Assembly: GCA_041653535.1 (NCBI GenBank)
Contig: JBAZFH010000002.1
Span: 173,011-237,010, forward strand
Source of the DNA: Patescibacteria group bacterium
GTDB taxonomy: Bacteria; Patescibacteriota; Patescibacteriia; JACRDY01
Direction of reading: 5' to 3'
DNA: 64,000 bases
The notes under the pieces are model-generated. The model searched no databases and was not told the origin of the DNA. It saw only the letters and a list, made by a program, of their open reading frames with translations. The position numbers were made by a program, and so were the translations under genes. This document shows, piece by piece, positions 22,462-32,774 of this stretch (positions are counted from its first letter, which is position 1; each line of letters begins with the position of its first letter).

Positions 22462-23421
22462 ATGGATAGTCAAAAACAAATTTCGATTGTTATTCCTCTT
22501 TACAATGAAGCAGGCAATCTCGAAAAATTATACAGCGACCTAAAAGATGTTTTAGCCAAAATTTCTTGTTCTTGTAATTATGAAATTATTTTTGTTGACG
22601 ACGGCAGTACCGATGGCAGCACCGAAATGGTTTTGCGTTTTGCTGCGAATGATCGGGCGGTAAAAGTGATAGAGTTCTCTCGTAACTTTGGTAAAGAGCT
22701 CGCTATAACCGCCGGCGTAAATAATTGCGAGGGAGATGCCTGTATTATCATGGATGCCGATTTACAGCATCCGATCGGGTTAATACCGGAGTTTGTCAAA
22801 AAATGGGAAGCAGGCGCCGAAGTGGTAGTGGGTGTTCGTGAAAAAAATAAAAACGAAGGTTTGACAAAAAAAATCGGTTCAATCCTTTTTTATAAAATTA
22901 TCGGTATGATTAGCGAGACAGAAATGGTGCCGCGTTCAACCGACTACCGTCTGCTTGACCGTAAAGTGATAAAAGAGTTTAACCGCTTTACGGAAAAAAA
23001 TCGTATTACCCGTGGATTAATTGCTTGGCTCGGTTTCAAAAAAGATTATATTTATTTTGCCGCCAACGCGCGCTATTCGGGCAGAGCCAGCTATGGATTT
23101 TTTAAACTAATCAAGCTGGCTTTATCGGCTTTCGTTACTCATAGTCTTTTTCCGCTAAAATTGGCCGGCTATGTTGGGGTTTTTATCACCATTTTTTCCG
23201 CAATAACCGGAATTTTTATCTTTACCGACAAATATATTCTCAATAATCTTTGGAACCTCAACTTTACCGGGACGGCTTTGCTAGCGGTTTTAATCATTTT
23301 TTTCGTCGGCATCATTCTTTGTTGCCTGGGATTGATCGCTCTGTATATTGCCAATATTCATGAAGAGGTTTCTCATCGGCCTCTATATATTGTCCGCCGC
23401 AGAGAAAACTTTGATAATTAG
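22462..23421 (+). CDS. GT2 polyprenyl-phosphate glycosyltransferase (GtrB/ArnC/DPM1-like)
   Basis: SIVIPLYNEAGNL, FVDDGSTDGS, DADLQHP (DXD), plus two C-terminal TM helices. This is the typical lipid-phosphate sugar synthase architecture. Confidence 0.8.
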   Translation: MDSQKQISIVIPLYNEAGNLEKLYSDLKDVLAKISCSCNYEIIFVDDGSTDGSTEMVLRFAANDRAVKVIEFSRNFGKELAITAGVNNCEGDACIIMDADLQHPIGLIPEFVKKWEAGAEVVVGVREKNKNEGLTKKIGSILFYKIIGMISETEMVPRSTDYRLLDRKVIKEFNRFTEKNRITRGLIAWLGFKKDYIYFAANARYSGRASYGFFKLIKLALSAFVTHSLFPLKLAGYVGVFITIFSAITGIFIFTDKYILNNLWNLNFTGTALLAVLIIFFVGIILCCLGLIALYIANIHEEVSHRPLYIVRRRENFDN

Positions 23422-23445
23422 CAGGCAGTTCAATTTATTTATTTT

Positions 23446-24423
23446 ATGATTAAATACAGCTTTATCATACCGGTAAAGGAAATTAACGATTATATCCAGG
23501 AAACCGTTGCTGCTATTTTGAAAATTTCTCGCGACGATTACGAAATAATTATTTATCCGGATGTCGCTACTTCTGACGTCTGGTTAAAGACAAGGCAGAT
23601 TGCCACCGGACATGTCGGTCCGGCGCAAAAAAGAAGCTTGGCGATAAATGACGCCGCTAGCGAGATATTGGTTTTTGTTGATGACGATGCTTACCCGCAG
23701 GCGGATTTTTTGGACAAACTCGATGACGATTTTTCGTCGGCAGAGGTCGTGGCTGTCGGCGGTCCGGCTATTACTCCGGCAAGCGACGGTTTTTGGCAAA
23801 AAGTTTCCGGCGCTGTTTTTTTGAGTAAACTGTCGGGCGGATTTCCCGAACGTTACGCTGCAGTTGGTGTTAAACATTTTGTTGATGACTGGCCGAGTGT
23901 TAACCTGTCAGTGCGCAAAACAGATTTTTCCGCTGTCGGCGGTTTCGATAGCGTTTATTGGCCGGGCGAGGATACTAAACTTTGTATTGATCTGATTAAA
24001 AAAGCTAAAGGTAAAATACTCTATGATCCGGCTTTGATTTGCTTTCACCATCGTCGAGATGGATTTTTCAGACACTTAAAACAAATCGGCAATTATGGAC
24101 TTCATCGTGGGTTTTTTGTCAAAAAATTTCCCCAGACATCTTTGAAGTTAAAATATTTCTTTCCCGGTTTTTTTCTTTTGTTTGTACTGGTCGGAGCGCT
24201 TTTTAGTTTATACTCGCCATTTTTTTTAAAACTATATATACTAGGTTGGCTGGTTTATGTTTTGATTTTGGTTAAAGCCCTGCTGGAAATAAGTAAATAT
24301 GAGAAAAATTGGTCGATATTGCTTAATTCTTTATACTATATATTTTTTACCCATATTTTCTACGGCATTCGTTTTATTCAAGGTCTGATTTTTACGAGAG
24401 ACTTAAAAAGCAAATTAAGGTAA
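23446..24423 (+). CDS. GT2 glycosyltransferase with C-terminal membrane helices
   Basis: FIIPVKE..., VFVDDDAYP, and GEDTKLC. Confidence 0.7.
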   Translation: MIKYSFIIPVKEINDYIQETVAAILKISRDDYEIIIYPDVATSDVWLKTRQIATGHVGPAQKRSLAINDAASEILVFVDDDAYPQADFLDKLDDDFSSAEVVAVGGPAITPASDGFWQKVSGAVFLSKLSGGFPERYAAVGVKHFVDDWPSVNLSVRKTDFSAVGGFDSVYWPGEDTKLCIDLIKKAKGKILYDPALICFHHRRDGFFRHLKQIGNYGLHRGFFVKKFPQTSLKLKYFFPGFFLLFVLVGALFSLYSPFFLKLYILGWLVYVLILVKALLEISKYEKNWSILLNSLYYIFFTHIFYGIRFIQGLIFTRDLKSKLR

Positions 24424-24427
24424 CAGC

Positions 24428-25885
24428 ATGAGAATTTCTATTTCTTATCCGCCTCTGGAATCGCCAAAAGGTACGCCGCTACTCAGCCAAAATCGGCAAT
24501 TTCAGTGGTTTAACAGTCCAACTTATATTTATCCGATGATTCCGGCTTACGCCGCGACGCTTTTGCAATCCCAAGGTCATGAGGTTTTATGGGATGACGG
24601 TATTGCCGAAGGTTTGGAATATAAAAAATGGTTAGAAAAACTATTGCATTTTTATCCTGAGTTGGTTGCTATCGAAACAAAAACTCCAGTGGTTAAAAAA
24701 CACTGGGAGATTATTAAGCAAATAAAAGACGTTATACCGAGCGGCAAGATAGTTCTGATGGGAGATCATGTTAGCGCTTTGCCGCAAGAATCGTTTGAAC
24801 AGTGTCCAGTAGATTTTGTGATTGCCGGCGGTAATTATGATTTTATTTTAGCTAATATCGCCGGATATTTGGCAAAACGGGAAAAACTGGGCGGCGGTAT
24901 TTGGTACCGCGACGGTAAAGAAATAAAAAATACCGGAGAGTACGATCCGCATGTTCATAATTTAGACGAACTGCCGATGATCGACCGCGAATTAACGCGC
25001 TTCCGTCTTTATGCTTACCAAAACGGAAATTTCAAATACACTCCCGGTTCATATATGATGAGTGGGCGTGATTGTTGGTGGGGGCGCTGCACTTTTTGTT
25101 CTTGGACAACGATTTTTCCCGGTAAAAATTTTCGCGTTCGCAGCGCGGAAAAAGCTCTAGACGAAGTCGGTAATTTGATAAAATTGGGAATCAAAGAAAT
25201 TATGGAAGATTCCGGTAGTTTGCCCGTCGGTAAATGGCTGGAGGATTTTTGTCAGGGCATGATTAAACGTGGTTACAGCAAAAAGGTGGTGATGAGTTGT
25301 AATATGCGTATCAATGGTATTAAAGATCCGGCTCTTTGGTGGTTGATGAAAGAGGCGGGTTTTCGTTTTATTTTATTTGGACTGGAGTCGGCTAACCAAG
25401 TAACTTTAGACCGAATAGAAAAAGGATTACGGGTCGAGGAAATAGAGCCGGGGTTAAAAATGTGCAAAGAAGCCGGACTTGAGCCGCACATTACGGCGAT
25501 GATCGGCTATCCTTGGGAGACTAAAACGGATGCCAAGAAAACGGTTGATCTGGCAAAAAGTTTATTTAAAAAGGGTTATGTTGATACGCTACAGGCGACG
25601 ATTGTTATACCTTATCCGGGAACTCCGTTGTATAAATATTGCAAGGAAAACAATTTACTGAATTTTGACGATTACGATCGTTTTGATCAGCGCGAGCAAG
25701 TAATGAAATCCGAGCTGACTACGACTGATGTTAAAGAATTGACTCAGGGGTTGTACAAATCATTTGTCACGCCAAAATTTTTGTTTAAAAAAATCATCAG
25801 TATTCGTAGTTTTGCCGATGTTAAATTTCTGGTTCGAGCGGCGATAAGGGTAGTTGGTCACTTGACCGACTTTAGTAAAAAATAA
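24428..25885 (+). CDS. B12-binding-domain radical SAM protein (class B), atypical CX4CX2C cluster spacing
   Basis: N-terminal Rossmann-like B12 domain, the cluster motif GRDCWWGRCTFCSW, and a downstream GLESANQ motif. Confidence 0.7.
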   Translation: MRISISYPPLESPKGTPLLSQNRQFQWFNSPTYIYPMIPAYAATLLQSQGHEVLWDDGIAEGLEYKKWLEKLLHFYPELVAIETKTPVVKKHWEIIKQIKDVIPSGKIVLMGDHVSALPQESFEQCPVDFVIAGGNYDFILANIAGYLAKREKLGGGIWYRDGKEIKNTGEYDPHVHNLDELPMIDRELTRFRLYAYQNGNFKYTPGSYMMSGRDCWWGRCTFCSWTTIFPGKNFRVRSAEKALDEVGNLIKLGIKEIMEDSGSLPVGKWLEDFCQGMIKRGYSKKVVMSCNMRINGIKDPALWWLMKEAGFRFILFGLESANQVTLDRIEKGLRVEEIEPGLKMCKEAGLEPHITAMIGYPWETKTDAKKTVDLAKSLFKKGYVDTLQATIVIPYPGTPLYKYCKENNLLNFDDYDRFDQREQVMKSELTTTDVKELTQGLYKSFVTPKFLFKKIISIRSFADVKFLVRAAIRVVGHLTDFSKK

Positions 25886-25895
25886 AATAAAAAAA

Positions 25896-27191
25896 ATGAA
25901 AAAATATATTTTGGCCTTAGCAAGCAACAGGATAGTGCGTAACAGTTCTATTCTTTTTATTGGTTCAATGATTTGTGCGGTCGGCAACTACCTTTTTCAT
26001 TTAATAACCGCTCGAATGTTGACTGTTAACGCTTATGGCGAGATGGAGTCATTGATTGCTCTGTTCTATATTATCTCCGTACCGGCTGGAACGATTATGA
26101 CCGTGATTATCAAATATTCTGCTCAATTCAGCGCCGAAGGAAGACTTGATAAAGTACATAAATTATTTACCGCTTTCAGTCATAAGCTGCTCTTGGCCGG
26201 ATTTATTTGTTTTATTGTTATTTTTTTTCTTAGTCCGTGGATTGCCAAATTTTTACAACTATCTTCAGTTTTACCCGTGATAATTTTAGGAACAATAATG
26301 ATTACGGCGCTGCTGTTGTCTTGTGGTCGTGGAGTTCTCAACGGTTTGCAAAAATTTTTTTCAACGGCGATAAATATGGTTATTGAAGTTTTAACCAAAA
26401 TTATTTTAGCCTTTGCTTTTATTTATTTCGCTTTCGGCGTTAATGGCGCAATCGGAGCAATCAGTATCGCTGCTCTAACCGCTTATCTCTTCGTTTTCAA
26501 ACCATTACGTTTTTTGCTTAAGGAAAAAATCGACGAAACAAAAATTGATTATAAAGAAATTTTTCTTTTTTCTTTGCCGACACTTTTTATTACTCTGTTT
26601 CTCAATCTTTTTTATAATGTTGACGTTTTGTTGGTCAAACATTTTTTTGATCCGAGTATGGCCGGGCAATACAGTGCATTGACGGTGCTTGGTCGGATAG
26701 TATTTTTTGTAACCATGACCATCTCGACGGTGGTTTTTCCACTGACAGCCGAAGCCCATACTAAAAACGAAAATCATAGGAAGATTTTGAATCAAGGTTT
26801 TATTTTAGTAAGTTTAATAGCTGGAACGGCTTTGTTTTTATTTTTTTCCGTCCCGGGACTGGTTATCAAAATTTTAATCGGTAGTAAATTTTTGGCAGTC
26901 GCCCCGTATCTTGGCTGGTTTGGACTGGCGATGTTTTTTTATTCTTTGGTTTATCTTTTAACTCAATATTTTTTGTCTATTGGTAAAACCAAATGTCTAT
27001 ACATTGTAACCGTCGGTGTCGCAGTGCAGGTAACGTTGATAATGTTGTTTCATAATAGTATCGTGCAGATAGTGCAGATAATGAACGTAGTAATGATTGG
27101 GACGACACTGGCTTTGCTTATTTATTATAAAAAAATCGGTAAGATATTAATGGTAGATAGGCAGCAGATACAAGAAGTAATAACGCAATAA
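25896..27191 (+). CDS. MOP-superfamily polysaccharide flippase (Wzx-like)
   Basis: 431 aa with about 12 or more TM helices. The N-terminus is typical of the polysaccharide-biosynthesis-protein family. Confidence 0.65.
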   Translation: MKKYILALASNRIVRNSSILFIGSMICAVGNYLFHLITARMLTVNAYGEMESLIALFYIISVPAGTIMTVIIKYSAQFSAEGRLDKVHKLFTAFSHKLLLAGFICFIVIFFLSPWIAKFLQLSSVLPVIILGTIMITALLLSCGRGVLNGLQKFFSTAINMVIEVLTKIILAFAFIYFAFGVNGAIGAISIAALTAYLFVFKPLRFLLKEKIDETKIDYKEIFLFSLPTLFITLFLNLFYNVDVLLVKHFFDPSMAGQYSALTVLGRIVFFVTMTISTVVFPLTAEAHTKNENHRKILNQGFILVSLIAGTALFLFFSVPGLVIKILIGSKFLAVAPYLGWFGLAMFFYSLVYLLTQYFLSIGKTKCLYIVTVGVAVQVTLIMLFHNSIVQIVQIMNVVMIGTTLALLIYYKKIGKILMVDRQQIQEVITQ

Positions 27192-27200
27192 GTAATTATT

Positions 27201-28205
27201 ATGGAGCGGTTATTTGTTTCAATTGTTATGCCGACGTTTAATTCGGCTAGAACGCTGGAGGCGGCTTTAGCGGCGATAAAAAATCAAAATTATCCGGCGG
27301 ACAAAGTTGAGATAATTATTGCTGATGCCGGATCGACCGATAAAACCAGACAGATCGCCAATAAATATACTAACTTGATTTTTGATAATCCTCTGACTAC
27401 CGGCGAAGCGGGCAAAGCCGTGGCGGTAAAAAAAGCCAAGGGCGATATTGTCGCACTAATAGATTCGGACAATATTTTACCGACTAACGATTGGTTGGAA
27501 AAAATGGTCGCGCCATTTGACGACCCGGAGATTATCGGCAGTGAACCGTTAGAATATACGTATCGTCCGACGGATCACTATATTACGCGCTACTGCGCCC
27601 TGATTGGTATGAACGACCCTCTGTGTTATTTTTTGGGCAATTATGATCGTTATAGCTTTTTAAGTAAAAAATGGAACGGACTACAAATTAAAGTCGAAGA
27701 GCAAGACGATTATCTGAAAGTCTTTTTGGAACCAGGGAAAATGCCGACGATTGGCGCCAATGGTACGATGATTAGAAAGCAGTATTTGCAAAACGTTGGT
27801 GACTATTTGATGGATATAGATATTATTTACGATTTAGTTGCTTCTGGCAAAAATAAATTTGCCAAAGTAAAAGTAGGTATCATTCATCTTTTCGGCGGCA
27901 GTCTAAAAACTTTTTACCGTAAACAAAAAAGGAGGGTGAAAGATTATTTGTATTTTAAAGACAAGGGTAACCGTAGTTATCCCTGGAAAAGTCAGTCTCG
28001 CGTTGGTTTGGTCAAATTTGTTGTTTATTGTCTTTTGATTTTTCCTTTAATTTTTCAGAGCATAATCGGATTTTGCCGCCGGCGTGATTGGGTTTGGTTT
28101 CTGCATCCGGTGTTTTGTTGGATTACTTTTTGGGTTTACGGTTGGGGGACAATCTTTAGTTTGTGGCATAAAGAGCAGATGAGTCGAGAAAAGTACGGAC
28201 AGTAG
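27201..28205 (+). CDS. GT2 glycosyltransferase
   Basis: VSIVMPTFNSARTLE, IIADAGSTDKT, LIDSDN, and C-terminal TM helices. Confidence 0.75.
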   Translation: MERLFVSIVMPTFNSARTLEAALAAIKNQNYPADKVEIIIADAGSTDKTRQIANKYTNLIFDNPLTTGEAGKAVAVKKAKGDIVALIDSDNILPTNDWLEKMVAPFDDPEIIGSEPLEYTYRPTDHYITRYCALIGMNDPLCYFLGNYDRYSFLSKKWNGLQIKVEEQDDYLKVFLEPGKMPTIGANGTMIRKQYLQNVGDYLMDIDIIYDLVASGKNKFAKVKVGIIHLFGGSLKTFYRKQKRRVKDYLYFKDKGNRSYPWKSQSRVGLVKFVVYCLLIFPLIFQSIIGFCRRRDWVWFLHPVFCWITFWVYGWGTIFSLWHKEQMSREKYGQ

Positions 28206-28219
28206 TTGATATCTTGATT

Positions 28220-28248
28220 TTGACGGTAAATAAGCATATTCTTAATAT
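28220..28248 (+). promoter_or_regulatory. Putative internal promoter (TTGACG-17 nt-TAATAT)
   Basis: Lies in one of only two gaps longer than 60 nt in the cluster, 27 nt upstream of the SDR gene. Confidence 0.4.
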
Positions 28249-28274
28249 ACGATAAATAAAGAGCTTCTTTTTTT

Positions 28275-29312
28275 ATGCAAAATTATTTGATTATCGGCGG
28301 TGCTGGTTTTATTGGCTCTAACATTGCTAGCTATCTGTGTTCTGTCGGTAAAAGCGTTACAATTCTAGACAATTTTTCTCGCCGAGGAACAGATCTCAAT
28401 CTCAAATGGCTGCAAACAAGTTATCCGGACATTAAGGTGGTAAAAGCTGATGTTCGTCATGATTTAGACAAACTTAACGAAGCCGTAGCGCAAAACGAGG
28501 TTGTCTATCATTTAGCGGCGCAGGTAGCAGTTACCACTTCGGTCAAAAATCCCAGAGAAGATTTTGAGATTAATGCGCTCGGCACGTTTAACGTTTTGGA
28601 GGCCGCCAGGCTTTCCGCTCGAAAACCGATTGTGATTTTTTCTTCCACCAATAAAGTTTATGGCGGCATGGAAGATGTTAAAATAGTTCATGACGAAAAA
28701 CGTTACAGTTACGCCGATTATCCACTTGGTATTCCCGAAGATCGCTTGCTTGATTTTCATTCTCCTTACGGTTGTTCCAAGGGTACCGGCGACCAATATG
28801 TCCGCGACTATGCCAGAATCTACGATATTCCCACTGTAGTTTTCCGCCAATCTTGTATTTATGGCACGCATCAGTTCGGTTTGGAAGACCAAGGCTGGGT
28901 AGCTTGGTTTACTATTGCCTCGCTGCTTAGTAAACCGTTGAAAATTTACGGCGACGGCAAGCAGGTTCGCGATGTGCTTTTTGTTGATGATTTAGTCAGA
29001 GCTTTTGTTAGTGCTACGGACAATATAGAAAAAACCAAAGGAAAAATTTTCAATATCGGCGGCGGGGCTAGCTATACCATGTCGCTGCTTGAGCTAGTTA
29101 GTTATCTGGAAGAATTTCTTGGTCAAAAAATCACTTATTCTTTTGCCGATTGGCGACCGGGAGATCAGCCGGTCTATATTAGCGACGTGCGCAAAGCCAA
29201 AGAAGTATTTGGCTGGCAACCGCAGATTGATGTGAAGCAAGGCGTGTCTAAGCTCGTCTTTTGGGTAAAAGAAAATCGGGCGATGATCGAAGATGTTTTC
29301 AAAGACATGTAA
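28275..29312 (+). CDS. NAD-dependent sugar-nucleotide epimerase (SDR; CDP-paratose-2-epimerase-like)
   Basis: IIGGAGFIGSN, DNFSRRGTDLNLKWL, and YGCSK (YxxxK). Confidence 0.75.
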   Translation: MQNYLIIGGAGFIGSNIASYLCSVGKSVTILDNFSRRGTDLNLKWLQTSYPDIKVVKADVRHDLDKLNEAVAQNEVVYHLAAQVAVTTSVKNPREDFEINALGTFNVLEAARLSARKPIVIFSSTNKVYGGMEDVKIVHDEKRYSYADYPLGIPEDRLLDFHSPYGCSKGTGDQYVRDYARIYDIPTVVFRQSCIYGTHQFGLEDQGWVAWFTIASLLSKPLKIYGDGKQVRDVLFVDDLVRAFVSATDNIEKTKGKIFNIGGGASYTMSLLELVSYLEEFLGQKITYSFADWRPGDQPVYISDVRKAKEVFGWQPQIDVKQGVSKLVFWVKENRAMIEDVFKDM

Positions 29313-29327
29313 AATAATTATAAAATT

Positions 29328-30431
29328 ATGAAAATTTTAGTTACCGGCGGCGCCGGATTTATTGGTTCTCATCTAGTCGACCGTCTTATCGAGCAGGGTC
29401 ACGAGGTCAGAATTTTTGATAATCTGACTGAACAAGTGCATCAAGGTAAAATTCCTGAATACCTGAACCCCAAAGCCGAGTTTATCAAAGGTGATGTTTT
29501 AGACCGCGCGGCGCTTGCCGCAGCGCTTGCAGGAATAGATGTGGTCTTTCACTTTGCTTCGGCAGTCGGAGTAGGACAGTCGCAATATCAGATTTATCAT
29601 TATGTGAATACCAATGTCGGCGGTACGGCTAACTTGCTAGATATTATTGTTAACGACAAACTGCCGATAAGAAAAGTGATTGTCGCTGCTTCTATGAGTA
29701 GCTACGGCGAAGGTCTTTATAATTGCGACAAATGCGGCGCGGTTAGACCAGAGCTACGTTCGCAAGTAGTAGATGGCGATTGGGAACCGCGTTGTCCGCT
29801 TTGTGGCGGAACAGTCAAACCGATACCGACCAATGAAAAAGCGGTGCAATATTGCAATTCTATTTACGCTTTGACTAAAAAAGCTCAAGAAGATATGGTA
29901 ACAAACATCGGTCGAACTTATAATATTCCGACTGTTGCCCTTCGTTTTTTTAATGTCTATGGTCCCAGACAGAGCCTGTCTAATCCTTACACCGGCGTAG
30001 CGGCAATTTTTATGAGTCGGATCAAAAACGGTAACTCGCCGGTGATCTATGAAGACGGGCTTCAGACACGCGATTTTGTTTCTGTTTACGATATTGCTGA
30101 TGCTAATATTGCCGCGATGAATAGTGCTAGCTCCGACTACGAAGTTTTCAATGTTGGTAGCGGCACGGCTTTACCAATTAAAGAAGTGGCGGAAATTTTG
30201 GCCAAACTCTATGGTAATGATGTTAAACCAGAAATAACTAGCCAGTTTCGCAAAGGCGATGTGCGGCATTGTTTTGCCGACATGACAAAGGCTAAAGAAA
30301 AATTGGGCTGGCAGCCAAAAATTTCTTTCGAGCAAGGTATGGCTGATCTGATCGCTTGGAGTCGTGATGCCGAGGCGGTAGACAGTCTGGATAAAGCCAT
30401 TGCCGAGATGAAGGAAAAGGGTTTAGTTTAG
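29328..30431 (+). CDS. NAD-dependent epimerase/dehydratase (SDR) with zinc-ribbon insert
   Basis: VTGGAGFIGSH and YALTKK (YxxxK). The insert is CDKCG...CPLCGG (about 29721-29810). Confidence 0.75.
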   Translation: MKILVTGGAGFIGSHLVDRLIEQGHEVRIFDNLTEQVHQGKIPEYLNPKAEFIKGDVLDRAALAAALAGIDVVFHFASAVGVGQSQYQIYHYVNTNVGGTANLLDIIVNDKLPIRKVIVAASMSSYGEGLYNCDKCGAVRPELRSQVVDGDWEPRCPLCGGTVKPIPTNEKAVQYCNSIYALTKKAQEDMVTNIGRTYNIPTVALRFFNVYGPRQSLSNPYTGVAAIFMSRIKNGNSPVIYEDGLQTRDFVSVYDIADANIAAMNSASSDYEVFNVGSGTALPIKEVAEILAKLYGNDVKPEITSQFRKGDVRHCFADMTKAKEKLGWQPKISFEQGMADLIAWSRDAEAVDSLDKAIAEMKEKGLV

Positions 30432-30441
30432 AAGAAAAAAA

Positions 30442-32766
30442 ATGAAAATATTATTTCTCAATCATAACCAGGAAAAGGTTGGTACTTATTACCGTTGTTT
30501 TTTCTTGGGAAAATATTTGTCGCAAATCGGTTACCAAATCACCATGATTTGCGCCAGCGGAAAAAGTTTTGATCTGCGGATTCGTCGGCAGAAAATTAAC
30601 GACAACTTTACTATTATTACTCTACCGCGGATCAAGTACAGCCGCTATCTTACTGGTCAGCTTTTACTTCGTTTGCCGCTGACTATTTTTTACATTTTTT
30701 CTTTATCTTACGACATTTGTCACGCCTTTACCGTCGCTCAACCGCAAATCGGTATTCCGGCTTGGGTAGCCAAAAAAATAAGAGGCAAAAAATTGATTGT
30801 CGATTGGGATGACCTGTGGGGCGGTGGTTTTGCCGACTATCATGCCTGGCCGATCAAACCGGTTTTGTCTTGGTTTGAGAATTCTGTCCCGCGACTCGGC
30901 GATCGGATAACTTATGTTTCCGAATATCTGGGTGAAAGGATAAATAAACTCGGGTTGATGGATCGCGCGGCCAAAATACCTAATGGTTCTGACCCAGAAA
31001 AAATACTGTCGCTAGATAAAGCTGTCGTTCGTCAAAAGTTGGGACTAGCTTTGGACAAAAAATATTTAGTAGCTATGGGTAATACTTATTTGGAGAGTTT
31101 TGCCCTAATGCTGACGGCTTTTGCCGAAGTGGTTAAGAAAAACAGTAATGCCTTTTTGATTCTACTTGGCAATGCCGAAATCTCTCCAGCGCTGCAAGAC
31201 CTTTTTGCCAAAATAAAAGACAATGTTATTATTGGCGGTTTTGTGCCGATTGAAAAAGCTGCGGCGTACCTCAGCGCCGCTGACGTTTTAGTGCTGCCCA
31301 TGGACAGCAATCCTATTGAGTTTGCTCGTTTTCCGATTCGTCTGGGCGACTATCTTTGCGCCGGTAGGCCGGTTGTTTCCAATGCTGTCGGCGAAGTAAA
31401 ATATTATTTGGAAAAATATAATTGTGGTTTGATCTCGGCGCCGCAAGATACCGACGCAATGGCTAATAATGTTTTGACTTTACTATCCGATCAGGAACAG
31501 TCGCAGAAGCTGGGTCTTGCCGCTCGGCAAGTGGCAGAAAATATTTTGCCGTGGAAAAAAGCCGCGTTTGAGTTATCTACGGTTTATAATGATTTAGCGA
31601 GCGAAGAGGTCAGAAACAAAAAAATATCAGGGATTATTATTTTGTCGCCGTTTTACGAACCAAACACCGGAGGAGTGGAAACTCATTTACGCGATTTATC
31701 TAAATATTTAGTTAAACAAGACTATCGCGTGGCGGTATTAACTTATCAGCCGCTTACCACCAAAGCCAAGGCCCCGATCTGGGAGCAACCAGGAGAAGGT
31801 TTCATTATCCACCGTATTCCTTGGGTTGGTCATAATCTTTTTCATAAATTAGAAGAGCATCCGTTTTTTCAATTTTTATATCTGACACCGATCCTTTTTG
31901 TTTATACGTTTTTCTTTTTATTATTTAATCGTCGCAAATACGAAGTAATTCACGCTCACGGGCTTACTTCGGCGCTGATCAGTAACTTCATGCAGAAAAT
32001 TTTTCATATCCGTTTTGTGGTTAGCATGCACGCAATCTACGGTTTTCGTCCCGACTGGTGGCTAGCCAAAGTTTGCCGGTTTATTTTAGCTCCAGCCAAA
32101 AAAATATTTTGTCTTGCTGAAGCATCGCGTGACGATATTCGACAGTTGGACCTGGAAGAAAAAAGATTGGATCTTTATATCCAGTGGGTGGATCAGGACA
32201 ATTTTAAGCCGCGAGATAAAAAAGAATGTCGAGCGACGTTAAAATTGACCGATAAATTTACTGTGCTTTTTGTTGGACGCCTAATCGAGAAAAAGGGCGC
32301 CGGTGTTTTGCTTGAGGTAGCAAAAAAACTGCCAAACATTAATTTTATTTTTATCGGCGATGGGCCAATGTATGATGATTTGAAAAAAGCGGAGGGAATA
32401 TCCGGTAATGTAATTGCTGCCGGCAAAAAAGAACAAGAAGAAGTGGCCGAATATTTTGGCGCTTGCAATGTAGTAGTGGTGCCGTCGCAGTATCCCGAAG
32501 GTTTTGCTCGAGTGGTTTTGGAAACATTGTCTAGCGGTCGGCCGATTATTGCGGCTAACGCCGGTTGTCTGCCGGAAATGATTACTGAAAAAGTAGGGGT
32601 GCTGCTAGAACCAACAGCGGAAAACATTACCAATCAGCTAGAGGATTTTTACAATAACCCAGACAAACTTTTGGCGCTGGAAGCAAATTGCCGAGAATAC
32701 GCGCTTGAACATTTCGGTGAGGCGCACGCCAAACCAATCGAAGAGTCTTACTACATAACCGAATAA
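30442..32766 (+). CDS. Fused double GT-B (GT4-type) glycosyltransferase, 774 aa
   Basis: Two successive GT4-like units. Each ends in an E(x7)E-type region (...PMDSNPIEFARFP... and ...PSQYPEGFARVVLETLSSGRP...). Confidence 0.65.
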   Translation: MKILFLNHNQEKVGTYYRCFFLGKYLSQIGYQITMICASGKSFDLRIRRQKINDNFTIITLPRIKYSRYLTGQLLLRLPLTIFYIFSLSYDICHAFTVAQPQIGIPAWVAKKIRGKKLIVDWDDLWGGGFADYHAWPIKPVLSWFENSVPRLGDRITYVSEYLGERINKLGLMDRAAKIPNGSDPEKILSLDKAVVRQKLGLALDKKYLVAMGNTYLESFALMLTAFAEVVKKNSNAFLILLGNAEISPALQDLFAKIKDNVIIGGFVPIEKAAAYLSAADVLVLPMDSNPIEFARFPIRLGDYLCAGRPVVSNAVGEVKYYLEKYNCGLISAPQDTDAMANNVLTLLSDQEQSQKLGLAARQVAENILPWKKAAFELSTVYNDLASEEVRNKKISGIIILSPFYEPNTGGVETHLRDLSKYLVKQDYRVAVLTYQPLTTKAKAPIWEQPGEGFIIHRIPWVGHNLFHKLEEHPFFQFLYLTPILFVYTFFFLLFNRRKYEVIHAHGLTSALISNFMQKIFHIRFVVSMHAIYGFRPDWWLAKVCRFILAPAKKIFCLAEASRDDIRQLDLEEKRLDLYIQWVDQDNFKPRDKKECRATLKLTDKFTVLFVGRLIEKKGAGVLLEVAKKLPNINFIFIGDGPMYDDLKKAEGISGNVIAAGKKEQEEVAEYFGACNVVVVPSQYPEGFARVVLETLSSGRPIIAANAGCLPEMITEKVGVLLEPTAENITNQLEDFYNNPDKLLALEANCREYALEHFGEAHAKPIEESYYITE

Positions 32767-32774
32767 TTTTGGCT

